A stretch of DNA of 64,000 bases from an uncultured Chlorobiota bacterium. Lineage in GTDB: Bacteria; Bacteroidota; Bacteroidia; Bacteroidales; JAADGE01. The stretch is from the NCBI GenBank assembly GCA_947311255.1, contig CAMZKL010000005.1:19897-83896 (forward strand). Direction: 5' to 3'. Within the stretch, counting starts at the first letter, position 1. The number at the start of each line of letters is the position of its first letter. Shown piece by piece: positions 1 through 9,617 of the stretch. A program made the translations under genes and the position numbers. The notes under the pieces were generated by a model that was not told the DNA's origin, did no database searches, and saw only the letters and a list, made by a program, of their open reading frames with translations.

Positions 1-560
1 CTAACTTGTTTTTCCGGTTTATAGTTTTCAATATACTCAAAAGCATCATCAACAGTATTGGCAAGGTAATATATTTTCCTATAATCGGCTTTAGCTACTT
101 TTTCAGTATAAAGTGTTTCAAAAAAACTAATTAAATTATTATAAAATCCATTAATATTTAAAATTACAATTGGTTTGTTGTGATATGCAAGTTGCTTGTG
201 TGTAATAACTTCCGAAAGTTCCTCAAGAGTTCCAAAACCTCCGGGAAGGGCAACAAAAGCATCAGCATAATCAGCTAATTTTGCTTTACGTGTGTACATA
301 TCTTTGGTAACAATTAATTCATCAACTAATTTACATCCAAGATTACTATCTAAAATTTTTTGAGGAATAATTCCAATTGAAAAACCATTATTTTTGCTTA
401 TAACTTCTGCCATTCTTCTCATGAGCCCAACATTTGAACCTCCAAACACAAAAGTCTTGTTATTTTCAGCTATTTTTAATGCCAATTTTTCAGCAGCTTC
501 AAAATATACCCTGTCAATTACATCACTTGAAGAACAAAATACACAAATATTTTTTTTCAT
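1..560 (-). CDS. LOG family protein (TIGR00730, cytokinin riboside 5'-monophosphate phosphoribohydrolase-like); C-terminus runs off the window
   Basis: Absent from the ORF track because no stop lies inside the window. The reverse complement from ATG (558-560) reads MKKNICVFCSSS...GGSNVGLM...ALPGGFGTLEELSEV, which carries the PGGxGTxxE LOG signature. Confidence 0.85.
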   Translation of the reverse strand, partial: MKKNICVFCSSSDVIDRVYFEAAEKLALKIAENNKTFVFGGSNVGLMRRMAEVISKNNGFSIGIIPQKILDSNLGCKLVDELIVTKDMYTRKAKLADYADAFVALPGGFGTLEELSEVITHKQLAYHNKPIVILNINGFYNNLISFFETLYTEKVAKADYRKIYYLANTVDDAFEYIENYKPEKQV

Positions 561-608
561 TATTTTTATATTATATCTTGCAATTTTAAACAGCAAAAGT
601 AAACATTA

Positions 609-1115
609 ATGATAAATAATAATAATTTTCCAATTAAAGTCTTCGTTTTCGGAACACTAAGAAAAGGCGGAAGACTTGATTATTATATGGGAGGCAGTAA
701 ATATTTAGGAAAATATTACACAAAAGGTCAATTAATGAAATCGGAACTTGGTAGTGCATATATAAATTTTAACGATAAAAAAGCTATTACATTAGGCGAA
801 GTTTATTTTATGGACTTGCAAGGGCTTCTCAGAATTGACCATTTGGAAAGTACATCAAGAGAATTCCCGAAAGGATATGATTTGGACATAACTCCTATAT
901 GGAAGATAGAAGATAAAGATAAAAAAATTAGTTTAGAAGATGTTGAATATGCTTTTATTTATAAAAGAAGAAATGAACCGCAAAAAATAATTTCTGGAGA
1001 TTGGATACAAAGAAAAAAGCCTGTTGATGAAATCATAAAATACCTACATGATAAAGATACAATCAATAATTGTAAATATTTAATTGAACATATGCGATTA
1101 TATTTAAATCAATAG
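609..1115 (+). CDS. gamma-glutamylcyclotransferase-like (GGACT/AIG2-like) protein
   Basis: ATG start. The N-terminal VFVFGTLRKGG motif is typical of the GGCT/AIG2 fold. 168 aa. Confidence 0.65.
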   Translation: MINNNNFPIKVFVFGTLRKGGRLDYYMGGSKYLGKYYTKGQLMKSELGSAYINFNDKKAITLGEVYFMDLQGLLRIDHLESTSREFPKGYDLDITPIWKIEDKDKKISLEDVEYAFIYKRRNEPQKIISGDWIQRKKPVDEIIKYLHDKDTINNCKYLIEHMRLYLNQ

Positions 1116-1305
1116 ATCTAAGAAAATAAGATTTCTAAGATTAATAGGCACTTATAAGAAATCAGGTTTAATTACTAACAATTTCATAATTATTGTTTGA
1201 GAACGTAATAGAACGTTTTAATACATAAAGCAAATTAAACTCATTATTTCTTGAATTTCAAAGACAAAATTACACATAAAGACCTTTAAATTAAAGATAA
1301 AGTTA

Positions 1306-1313
1306 TATATTTG
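1306..1313 (+). promoter_or_regulatory. candidate Bacteroidota -7 promoter box (TATATTTG = TAnnTTTG) for the NRAMP gene
   Basis: Exact match to TAnnTTTG, 20 bp upstream of ATG 1334. Confidence 0.4.
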
Positions 1314-1333
1314 CATACCTGTAAAATCTTTTT

Positions 1334-2725
1334 ATGTCAATAAAAAAGCGAATCCTAAGCATTCTTTTTTGGTCGGTTGTTTCAGCTGCTTTTATTGGTC
1401 CAGGTACAATAACAACTGCATCAAAAGCTGGTGTTTTTTATAACTTTGAATTATTATGGGCATTAGTTTTTTCAACATTTGCTGCATTATTACTACAAGA
1501 AGCAAGTGCAAGATTAGCAATACAAAGCAAGTTAAACTTAGGCGAAGCAATAGCAAAAAAATTTGAAGGTAAATCAAGTAAAACATTGGTACTTTTTATT
1601 GTAATTGTTGCAATTGTATTAGGTTGTGCAGCATATGAAACAGGCAATATTCTTGGAGCAGTTGAAGGTCTTAAAATGATTTTTGATTTTCCCTCTTACG
1701 TTTTTGTTGCTGCAATTGGAGGGCTTGCAATTTTAATTTTCCTTCTTGATTCTGTCCATACTATTGCCAGATTAATGGGATTAGTTGTTTTTTTAATGGG
1801 AGGAGCATTCTTCTTTACTTCACTTTCTTTGAAACCAGACTGGACAGAAGTAATTCACGGCAGTATTGTTCCAATTATTCCAGACGGAACAGGTGCCGCA
1901 TTTTTAGTTATGGCTTTAATTGGAACAACAGTAATCCCATACGATTTATTTCTTGGTTCAGGAGCGTTAAATAAAAAGCAATCAATAAAAGATATGCGTT
2001 TTGGACTTGCTTTTGCAATTATATTAGGCGGAATAATTTCAATGTCAATTATGGGTGTTGGGAATTCAGTTACCGAAGCAATGAGCGAAACAGAAAAAGC
2101 CAATTTCTTATCAAATATTAATTTTGGCAAAGAAGGGTTCTCTATTCTAACAAATCACTTAAAAAATGAAATTGGAATGTTTGCAGTTTATATTTTTGGG
2201 TTTGGAATGTTTGCTGCTGGATTTTCTTCTGCAGTTACTTCCCCGTTAGCATCCGCTATCACTGCAAAAAGTTTATTTGTAAATAAAAATAACAAAAAAA
2301 AGTGGGCTTCAAATAAATTATATTTTAAACTTGTAATTGCAGGTGTTTTAGCTGTTGGTTTATTTTTTGGTTTTATGGAAGTTAAACCGATTCCTGCAAT
2401 AATTATAGCACAAGCATTTAACGGACTTATACTACCTTTGATAGCTGTATTTCTGATTTCTGTTGTAAACGACCCGGAAATAATTGGAGAAAAGAACCTT
2501 AATGGTTGGATTTCAAATGTTTTAATGAGTTTTGTTTTATGGATTACAATGATTTTAGGTTTTACAAACATTTCTAAATCTATTGCAAAAGTAGTGGGTT
2601 ACAACCTTGGAAGTACTGATGTTGTTCTTTTAATCCCTGTAATTGTTATGTCTTTTCTCATCTCTGCCATTTTATTATGGCGTATATATAAAAAAAGGAT
2701 TAAACTTGTAGAGCAGCGACTTTAA
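1334..2725 (+). CDS. NRAMP-family divalent metal (Mn2+/Fe2+) transporter
   Basis: 463-aa polytopic membrane protein with an N-terminal GPGTITTASKAG motif and an NRAMP-like TM layout. Confidence 0.8.
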   Translation: MSIKKRILSILFWSVVSAAFIGPGTITTASKAGVFYNFELLWALVFSTFAALLLQEASARLAIQSKLNLGEAIAKKFEGKSSKTLVLFIVIVAIVLGCAAYETGNILGAVEGLKMIFDFPSYVFVAAIGGLAILIFLLDSVHTIARLMGLVVFLMGGAFFFTSLSLKPDWTEVIHGSIVPIIPDGTGAAFLVMALIGTTVIPYDLFLGSGALNKKQSIKDMRFGLAFAIILGGIISMSIMGVGNSVTEAMSETEKANFLSNINFGKEGFSILTNHLKNEIGMFAVYIFGFGMFAAGFSSAVTSPLASAITAKSLFVNKNNKKKWASNKLYFKLVIAGVLAVGLFFGFMEVKPIPAIIIAQAFNGLILPLIAVFLISVVNDPEIIGEKNLNGWISNVLMSFVLWITMILGFTNISKSIAKVVGYNLGSTDVVLLIPVIVMSFLISAILLWRIYKKRIKLVEQRL

Positions 2726-3479
2726 ATTTAACAATTCTGTTTTTTATAAAATTTCCTAGCATATCAAAGTCCCAAATCCATTCCTTTTTTATTTTATCTT
2801 TTGGTAGATCAATTTTCAGCCTATTACTTTCGCTTAGTAAGTTATTATCATTGTCATAATCAAATTGTAAGTAATCAACAATTAAACAAGATTTATTTTT
2901 AGGCAAACTTTCAATATGTTTTTGTTCTATCATTTCAGCAATAATATTTGCCTCATTTTCAGAGAAAATATCATTCCCTATTAAATATTTTTTAGCAAAA
3001 AAGGAAAGTTGATTTAAAATATTCAAAGAAACTACAAAATCAGCTTCATTTTTTTTCCCAAATCCAAAATTGTTAGTTTCAACTATAAAATCATCAGGAG
3101 CTAAAATCGTATTCCCTCCCCTTTTAATCTCATAAATAGATTTAAGAGTACCCGATATGTCAGCAGTAATTAGTTCAATATTATTATATTTTTTAGCTTT
3201 ATGTTTAATTTGGTTTGGATGTGAAATATCAACTAAAATAAGTTTATTAAACATTTCGGCAAGCTCTTCATATGGGATATCTAGCCACCAACCACTTCCA
3301 AGTATAACAGCAGTACCTTTCTGCTTGTTTTTGGCAGACCTTAAAATAAAAGATTTTGTGTTCTGCAAATGAGACTCCCAATTATCTCTTTCGTTAAGAT
3401 ATCTTAATATCAAACCTTCCCTATCCTTTTGAAGCCCAAATAGTTTTGCAAGTTTTTTATATGAAATAGTCGAACTCAA
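2700..3479 (-). CDS. hypothetical protein, Rossmann/class-I methyltransferase-like fold suspected
   Basis: 259-aa ORF. The start codon is TTG (rc of caa at 3477-3479), 2 nt after the upstream stop, suggesting coupling. AVILGSGWWLD and LVDISHP resemble motif I/II of SAM-binding folds. The first in-frame ATG would delete these motifs. Confidence 0.5.
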   Translation of the reverse strand: MSSTISYKKLAKLFGLQKDREGLILRYLNERDNWESHLQNTKSFILRSAKNKQKGTAVILGSGWWLDIPYEELAEMFNKLILVDISHPNQIKHKAKKYNNIELITADISGTLKSIYEIKRGGNTILAPDDFIVETNNFGFGKKNEADFVVSLNILNQLSFFAKKYLIGNDIFSENEANIIAEMIEQKHIESLPKNKSCLIVDYLQFDYDNDNNLLSESNRLKIDLPKDKIKKEWIWDFDMLGNFIKNRIVKFKVAALQV

Positions 3480-3481
3480 AT

Positions 3482-4174
3482 TTATGTTTTTTTTATAACA
3501 GAAGTTATTTTTTCAATTTCTTTTCTTATTGGAAGACTATCAAAATTATCAATATCCGCAGAATATTCCTTGTCTAAATCAGCAATATATTCAGTAACCT
3601 CTTGTTTAATTTTAAAATCATCTTCAATTTTTTGAATATCATCATTTAAAGAATCAAGAGTTCCTGTTTCATCAAATATTTCTTCGAAGTTTCCCGTTTT
3701 TGATTGCATCTTAGAAATTCTCATTTTGTGTTTATTTAAAATATGAATCTTTCTTTCATCATTTTTTAATTGCTTTATACGACTAAGAGCATTTTTATAT
3801 TTTTTTATAATATGCTCATATTCAGCAATTAAAGTGTTATAAAAATCAATCTTAGAAATACTAAGTTTTATTTGCTCCCTATATTGCTGAATCACTTTTT
3901 CAGATTCTTCAACTAATTCTGAGCTAACTGAAAGATTATTATCATGAAACTTAATATTTTCATATTCATCCAATTCTTCGTACCAAAAAGCAGATGGCAC
4001 ATCAAAAATTTCAAGAATTACATCTTTTGCCCATTTTTTAGCATTCGAAATATTTTCAATTTCTTGATCTTTTTCAATCTTACATTTGTTCAAAGCAACA
4101 GAAACTTTCTCATAAAACAGAGATTTATTATTTTTCTTTTTTTTTGAACCAAAAATACTTTTAAATATATTCAT
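3482..4174 (-). CDS. hypothetical coiled-coil protein
   Basis: 230-aa ORF with an ATG start. It is highly charged K/E-rich with heptad-like sequence and no recognisable catalytic motif. Forms a 2-gene operon with 2700-3479. Confidence 0.6.
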   Translation of the reverse strand: MNIFKSIFGSKKKKNNKSLFYEKVSVALNKCKIEKDQEIENISNAKKWAKDVILEIFDVPSAFWYEELDEYENIKFHDNNLSVSSELVEESEKVIQQYREQIKLSISKIDFYNTLIAEYEHIIKKYKNALSRIKQLKNDERKIHILNKHKMRISKMQSKTGNFEEIFDETGTLDSLNDDIQKIEDDFKIKQEVTEYIADLDKEYSADIDNFDSLPIRKEIEKITSVIKKT

Positions 4175-4347
4175 GTAATAAATTTAAAAATTGAAAAAAA
4201 TCTTAGAAATCCAACTACTATACAAAAGTATAAATAAATAGGTAAAAAACAGTTGGAATATAGTAAGTATATTATGTTTTTTTTTTAAAAGATAGTGTTA
4301 ATTATAAATAAATTAGCAAAATATTTTTTTATAACTGAAAACATTTT

Positions 4348-4355
4348 TAATTTTG
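4348..4355 (+). promoter_or_regulatory. candidate -7 box (TAATTTTG)
   Basis: TAnnTTTG match 41 bp upstream of ATG 4397. Confidence 0.35.
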
Positions 4356-4396
4356 TAAAAAAATAGTATTATTTTAATTGTTTAATTTATAAAATT

Positions 4397-6184
4397 ATGA
4401 AGAAATCGATAGTTATTCTTTCATCACTTTTAATTGTAGCTGTTTTGTTTACAGCTTGTAACCCATTGAAAAAAATGGTAAAAAATGCAGGAGACGTAGA
4501 ATATAAAACTACTCCTAAACCTTTAGAAATGCACGCAGGCAAAGTTCCTATTGACGTAAAGGTTACATTCCCTCCAAAATACTTTGGTAAAAAAGTAAAA
4601 TTAGTTATAACTCCTTCTTTAGTTTCAGACTTTAGCTCTTCTGAACAAGTAAAGTTTAAAACTCAAACAATAATAGGGGAGAAATTTGAAGATAACTACG
4701 AAACTATTAGTTTTAAAGAAGGTGGTAGCTTTACATTTAAAGATACAATTAATTATGACCCTAAATTTAGAGCATCTGATTTAAAATTGAACTTTTTAAT
4801 TTCAACTCAAAAAGGTAAATCTGCAAACGGAACAGAAATTAAACTTGCAGATGGTATTATTACTACTCCTGAATTAGTTGACGGAGGAATGACAATTGAT
4901 GGTGGTTTAAAAAGAGGCACATCATTAGGACAAATTGTAGAAGTTCCTATTACTAAACCAAAAGTAAGATTAGAAACAGAAACTGCAAAGTTATTTTTTG
5001 ATCTTCAAAAATCTAAAGTTAACAAAAATCAACTTAACAAAGAAGAACTTGAAAGTCTTAAAAGCTCAATAAGAAATGCAGCAACAAATCCAGATAAAGA
5101 TATTAAATCTATTAAAATTGCAAGTTACGCATCTCCTGACGGACCAGAAGATTTAAATGCAAAACTAGTAACAGATAGAGGTACAAATTCTAAAAAATCT
5201 TTTGAAAAAGAATTCTCAAAAGATGAAATTTCTGAGTTTCAAAATAATGATTTTGTAATTACTGAAACTACACCTGCAGAAGACTGGGAAGGTTTCAAAA
5301 GTGCAGTTACAGCTTCTAACATGGAAGATAAAGACCTAGTATTAAGGGTGTTAAGTATGTATTCAGACCCAGACACAAGAGAAGAAGAAATTAAAAAACT
5401 TGCTGCTGTATATGACAATTTAAGAAACGACATACTTCCATTATTAAGACGTTCTGAAATTAAATTTGAATTTCAAGGAAGAGCAAAATCTGACAATGAA
5501 TTAAAAACTATGGCATCTTCAGGAGGAAACTCTGGTGGATTATACCAAGAAGAGTTAATCTATGCTGCTTCAATTAGTGAAGGAAACAATAAAGAAAACG
5601 CTTATAAAACATATACAAGTAAATACCCAACTGATTGGAAAGGATGGAATAACTTAGCATCAATACAAGCAAAAGAAGGTAATTATTCAGAAGCAAGAAA
5701 AAACTTTGAAAAAGTACTTTCTACTAACAATACTAATCCGGCAGCTTTAAACAATCTTGGAGTACTTGCCCTAGCAGAAGGAGATCTTGATGCAGCTTGG
5801 GATTATTTTGAAAGAGCAGAAAATGCAGGTTGTAAATCTCCAAGTTTACCTTATAATAAAGGTATAATTTTAATCAAAAGAGGAAAATATAGTGATGCTG
5901 TTGATAAATTCTCTGCTGACTCATTTAATAAAGCATTAGCTTTAACTCTTGCTGGAGATAATGATGCTGCAATAAGCACATTAGATAATTTAGGAAGTAG
6001 CGAATATGGATTATTTTATTATTTAAAAGCAGTAACTGCTGCAAAAGCTAATAAAATTGATGACCTTATTGAATATTTAAAAATAGCAATTTCAAAAGAT
6101 AGCAAATTAAAAGATTATGCTAAAAAAGATGCTGAATTCTTAAATTTTATTGACAAATCTGTTTTCAGAGGTGTTGTTGAATAA
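4397..6184 (+). CDS. TPR-repeat lipoprotein
   Basis: Signal peptide with a lipobox-like LFTAC. The C-terminal ~200 aa contain TPR-like repeats (AYKTYTSKYPTDWKGWNNLASIQAKEGNYSEARKNFEKVL...). Confidence 0.75.
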   Translation: MKKSIVILSSLLIVAVLFTACNPLKKMVKNAGDVEYKTTPKPLEMHAGKVPIDVKVTFPPKYFGKKVKLVITPSLVSDFSSSEQVKFKTQTIIGEKFEDNYETISFKEGGSFTFKDTINYDPKFRASDLKLNFLISTQKGKSANGTEIKLADGIITTPELVDGGMTIDGGLKRGTSLGQIVEVPITKPKVRLETETAKLFFDLQKSKVNKNQLNKEELESLKSSIRNAATNPDKDIKSIKIASYASPDGPEDLNAKLVTDRGTNSKKSFEKEFSKDEISEFQNNDFVITETTPAEDWEGFKSAVTASNMEDKDLVLRVLSMYSDPDTREEEIKKLAAVYDNLRNDILPLLRRSEIKFEFQGRAKSDNELKTMASSGGNSGGLYQEELIYAASISEGNNKENAYKTYTSKYPTDWKGWNNLASIQAKEGNYSEARKNFEKVLSTNNTNPAALNNLGVLALAEGDLDAAWDYFERAENAGCKSPSLPYNKGIILIKRGKYSDAVDKFSADSFNKALALTLAGDNDAAISTLDNLGSSEYGLFYYLKAVTAAKANKIDDLIEYLKIAISKDSKLKDYAKKDAEFLNFIDKSVFRGVVE

Positions 6185-6202
6185 TTTTAGATATTATTTT
6201 TT

Positions 6203-6232
6203 AAAACTCTCACATTTTGTGGGAGTTTTTTT
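6203..6232 (+). terminator. rho-independent terminator after the TPR lipoprotein gene
   Basis: CTCTCACA/TGTGGGAG stem (one G-U pair) followed by a T7 run. Confidence 0.6.
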
Positions 6233-6284
6233 ATGCCATAAAGTTACATACTATGAAAAAGTGTCAGCTAAAATCAACTGGCAC

Positions 6285-6292
6285 TAAGTTTG
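6285..6292 (+). promoter_or_regulatory. candidate -7 box (TAAGTTTG) for htpG
   Basis: TAnnTTTG match 36 bp upstream of ATG 6328. It lies inside the ORF-track N-terminal extension and so argues against that extension. Confidence 0.45.
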
Positions 6293-6327
6293 AAAAAGCA
6301 AAAGAAATAAAACTAAAAAATAAAAAA

Positions 6328-8388
6328 ATGGCAAATAAATCAAAAAAAGGTAAAATAAAAGTAACCGGGGAAGACATATTTCCAATTATAAAAAAATTCC
6401 TCTATTCTGACCACGAAATTTTTCTGCGTGAGTTAATTTCGAATGCAGTTGATGCAACTCAAAAATTAAAAATTCTTTCTTCAAAAGGTAATTACAAAGG
6501 AGAATTAGGAGATTTAACTATTCGTATAAAAGCAGATAAAAAAGCAAAAACTATAACAATTTCTGATGCAGGAATAGGAATGGATGCTAATGAAATTAAC
6601 AAATATATAAACCAAATAGCATTTTCTGGTGCAGAAGAATTTCTTGACAAATATAAAGATGAGAAAAATGCAATTATTGGACATTTTGGTTTAGGATTTT
6701 ATTCTTCTTTTATGGTTTCAGAAAAAGTTGAAATAATTTCAAAATCTTACAAAGATGATTCAATAGCTGTTAGATGGGAATGTGATGGTAGCCCAAATTT
6801 CAAATTAAAGGAAATTGAAAAAGAAAAAAGAGGTACTGACATAGTTTTACATATTGATGAAGATTCAACCGATTTTTTAGAAGATTCTAAAATAACTGAA
6901 CTTTTAAATAAGTACTGTAAGTTTTTACCTGTTGAAATTGCATTTGGCAAAGAAGAAAAAACTGAGGATGGTAAAAAAATTAAAAAAGATAAAATTATTA
7001 ATAACACAAGTCCTGCTTGGACAAAAAAACCTAGTGATTTATCCGATAAAAACTATAAGGATTTTTATAAAGAACTATATCCAATGACTTTTGATGATCC
7101 TTTGTTTCATATTCATCTTAATGTAGATTACCCTTTTAATTTAACCGGAATTTTATACTTTCCAAAATTCACAAACAACATTGAAATTCAAAAGAATAAA
7201 ATTCAGCTATACCAACGACAAGTTTTTGTAACAGATTCTGTTGAAGGAATTGTTCCTGAATTTATGACTTTATTACATGGAGTTATTGACTCTCCGGATA
7301 TTCCTCTTAATGTTTCAAGAAGTTATTTGCAAAGCGACAAAAATGTTAAAAAAATTTCCAGCCATATTACAAAAAAAGTTGCTGACAGATTGAAGGAAAT
7401 TTTTACAAAAGAGAGAGAGGATTTTGAAAAAAAATGGGAAGATTTAAAAGTTTTTGTTGAATACGGAATGCTTAGTGATGAGAAATTCCATGAAAAAGCA
7501 ATGAAATTCTTTTTGCTAAATAATACTGAGGATAAGAAATTTACTTTTGACGAGTATGAAGAGCTTGTAAAACCAAACCAAACTGATAAAGACGGAAATA
7601 TAATTTATTTGTACACAACAGACAAAGAGGGGCAATACAGTTTTATTGAAGAAGCAAAAGAAAAAGGATATGATGTTCTTGTTTTGGATGGGCAGTTAGA
7701 TGCACATTTTATAAATAATATTGAAACCAAACTACAAGGAAAGCGTTTCTCAAGAGTTGATGCGGATGTTATTGACAAACTTATCGCTAAAGAAGATGGT
7801 TTTGAGTCAAAATTAAGTTCAGACGATGAAGCAAACTTAAACTCAGTATTTCAAAGCCAGTTACCAAAAGACACTACTTTTCTTGTAAGTTTTGAAGCAT
7901 TATCTGAAACATCGAACCCAACAATAATAACTCAAAATGAGTTTATGAGACGAATGAAAGATATGTCAAAAATGGGTGGTGAAGCAAGTTTCTATGGAAA
8001 TTTACCTGACAGTTATAATCTTGTAATAAACTCAAACCACAAGTTGGTTTCTGAACTAAAAGACAAAATGTATGACAAGATAGGTGCAGATTTAGAGAAA
8101 TTTGATAAAGAAATTAATAGTTTAAAAACAGATATTGAAGCACTTGGTAAATTACAAAAAGATAAAAAAGAAGAAGAAATACCACAAGAAGAAAAAGACA
8201 GAAAAGAAGAACTAAATAAAGAGTTAAGCAAAATAGAAAATGATAAAAAAGGAATTTTATCTAAATTTGGAAATTCGGAAAAGATTGTTAATCAGTTAAT
8301 TGATTTAGGGTTACTTGCAAATAATATGTTAAAAGGAAAATCTTTAAGCAAATTTGTAAAAAGAAGTATTGAACTTATAAAATCTTAA
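6328..8388 (+). CDS. htpG: molecular chaperone HtpG (Hsp90)
   Basis: FLYSDHEIFLRELISNAVDA, GHFGLGFYS and the overall Hsp90 layout. The track ORF begins at a TTG (6217) inside the upstream terminator. ATG 6328 gives the canonical N-terminus. Confidence 0.95.
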   Translation: MANKSKKGKIKVTGEDIFPIIKKFLYSDHEIFLRELISNAVDATQKLKILSSKGNYKGELGDLTIRIKADKKAKTITISDAGIGMDANEINKYINQIAFSGAEEFLDKYKDEKNAIIGHFGLGFYSSFMVSEKVEIISKSYKDDSIAVRWECDGSPNFKLKEIEKEKRGTDIVLHIDEDSTDFLEDSKITELLNKYCKFLPVEIAFGKEEKTEDGKKIKKDKIINNTSPAWTKKPSDLSDKNYKDFYKELYPMTFDDPLFHIHLNVDYPFNLTGILYFPKFTNNIEIQKNKIQLYQRQVFVTDSVEGIVPEFMTLLHGVIDSPDIPLNVSRSYLQSDKNVKKISSHITKKVADRLKEIFTKEREDFEKKWEDLKVFVEYGMLSDEKFHEKAMKFFLLNNTEDKKFTFDEYEELVKPNQTDKDGNIIYLYTTDKEGQYSFIEEAKEKGYDVLVLDGQLDAHFINNIETKLQGKRFSRVDADVIDKLIAKEDGFESKLSSDDEANLNSVFQSQLPKDTTFLVSFEALSETSNPTIITQNEFMRRMKDMSKMGGEASFYGNLPDSYNLVINSNHKLVSELKDKMYDKIGADLEKFDKEINSLKTDIEALGKLQKDKKEEEIPQEEKDRKEELNKELSKIENDKKGILSKFGNSEKIVNQLIDLGLLANNMLKGKSLSKFVKRSIELIKS

Positions 8389-8414
8389 AGAGTTTATTTT
8401 ATTTTTATGCGAAT

Positions 8415-8443
8415 AAAAGTCGGATTAATAAATCCGACTTTTA
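8415..8443 (+). terminator. rho-independent terminator after htpG
   Basis: AAAAGTCGGATT / AATCCGACTTTT, a 12-bp stem with a 4-nt loop and a T-run. Confidence 0.7.
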
Positions 8444-8515
8444 TATAATAATTATAATTAGTATTTTTTTTTATTAAAATCATGGAAATTTTTAATTTAT
8501 TAAATTTTTAATTCA

Positions 8516-8523
8516 TATATTTG
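8516..8523 (+). promoter_or_regulatory. candidate -7 box (TATATTTG) for the DUF1987 gene
   Basis: TAnnTTTG match 32 bp upstream of ATG 8556. Confidence 0.4.
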
Positions 8524-8555
8524 AACTTCAAAACTATATATAATATATTTCTTTC

Positions 8556-8936
8556 ATGGAAAGTATTTACATAAAAAAAACCAAAAAGACTCCTCTAGTC
8601 AATTTAAACATTAAAGAAAATGTTTTTCAAATAAAAGGACCTTCTTTTTCTGAGGATGTAATTGAAATTTTAAACCCTATTTTGGATTGGATTGATAGTG
8701 AAATCCCAAAACTTGACAAAGAGTTAATTTGTGAATTTTATTTTACTGTACTTAACAGCTCTTCCCATAAAAAGATTTTCCAAATTCTTCTTAAACTAAA
8801 TTCTCTTTTAGATAATGGGAAAGATATTAAAATAAATTGGTATTACGATGAAGACGATGAAGACATTATGGAAATGGGAGAAGATTTAATAGAACTAATT
8901 AATATTCCTTTTACTTTAATTCCTATAAATCTTTAA
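8556..8936 (+). CDS. DUF1987 / SiaC-family regulatory phosphoprotein-like
   Basis: 126 aa. TKKTPLVNLN...IKGPSFSED...NPILDWI...YFTVLNSSSHK...IKINWYYDEDDEDIMEMGEDL matches the DUF1987 pattern (TP.V.f, G.S.PE, YfNTSS, WyYe.dDedm.e.GeD). Confidence 0.8.
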   Translation: MESIYIKKTKKTPLVNLNIKENVFQIKGPSFSEDVIEILNPILDWIDSEIPKLDKELICEFYFTVLNSSSHKKIFQILLKLNSLLDNGKDIKINWYYDEDDEDIMEMGEDLIELINIPFTLIPINL

Positions 8937-8955
8937 AAATATTTTTTATAAAACT

Positions 8956-9606
8956 TTAATTTATAAAGATACTAAATATTCCTACAAAAAAACCTACTAG
9001 AAAACCAATTGCTATTTGTTTAAGATTATGAGATTTTAATATTAATCTTGAAGTCATTATTATTCCTATAATAAGAATTATAAATGTGAAAAAATGAATT
9101 GCCGTAAAATTAAAATTTATTACAGAAAACAGTGTTTCACTCATATTTTCTTTATTAAAAAAAATTAAAAAATAAGAAATAAAACCTCCGGTTCCAGCAG
9201 AATGAATACTTATTTTTGTTCTGAAATTAAATAATAGGACTATAAAAATTACAATTGAAGACACCAATAAAAAGTTACTAATATCACTTGGCACTCCTAC
9301 AGGTAATCTAAGCATAATAAAATAGGCAGCAATATAAATTGCTCCAATAATTGCTAAGGGTATAAATCTTTCTTCCCGTTTTGAAAGTTGCAAATCCGAA
9401 ATAACTCTTAAATTTAAAAGTATCAGCATAACTAATAAGGGAGAAACAAATGTTGACATAAAGACAACAAGTACAATTCCTTTTTTATAAACAAACTGAT
9501 AATGAGACAAATAAGATGGCAAATAGAATAGGATTATTACTGCATATACAGGAAGAAATAAAGGATGAAAAATATATGAGAATATTTTTGCAATTTGCTC
9601 TTTCAT
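8956..9606 (-). CDS. polytopic membrane protein, function unknown
   Basis: 216 aa with about 6 hydrophobic helices and an ATG start. Confidence 0.7.
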   Translation of the reverse strand: MKEQIAKIFSYIFHPLFLPVYAVIILFYLPSYLSHYQFVYKKGIVLVVFMSTFVSPLLVMLILLNLRVISDLQLSKREERFIPLAIIGAIYIAAYFIMLRLPVGVPSDISNFLLVSSIVIFIVLLFNFRTKISIHSAGTGGFISYFLIFFNKENMSETLFSVINFNFTAIHFFTFIILIIGIIMTSRLILKSHNLKQIAIGFLVGFFVGIFSIFIN

Positions 9607-9617
9607 TGTTTAACTTT

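Noticed and set aside
1116-1333. Looked for a metal-sensing riboswitch or leader upstream of the NRAMP transporter, and likewise upstream of mgtE at 41796-41870.
   Set aside because: Both regions are almost pure A/T with no conserved-looking helices. Only a short GAACGT-N4-GAACGT repeat (about 1200-1216) and a -7 box were seen.
6217-6327. The 37-codon N-terminal extension of the htpG ORF in the track.
   Set aside because: It begins at a TTG inside the upstream terminator hairpin. A TAnnTTTG box lies within it. ATG 6328 gives the canonical HtpG N-terminus.
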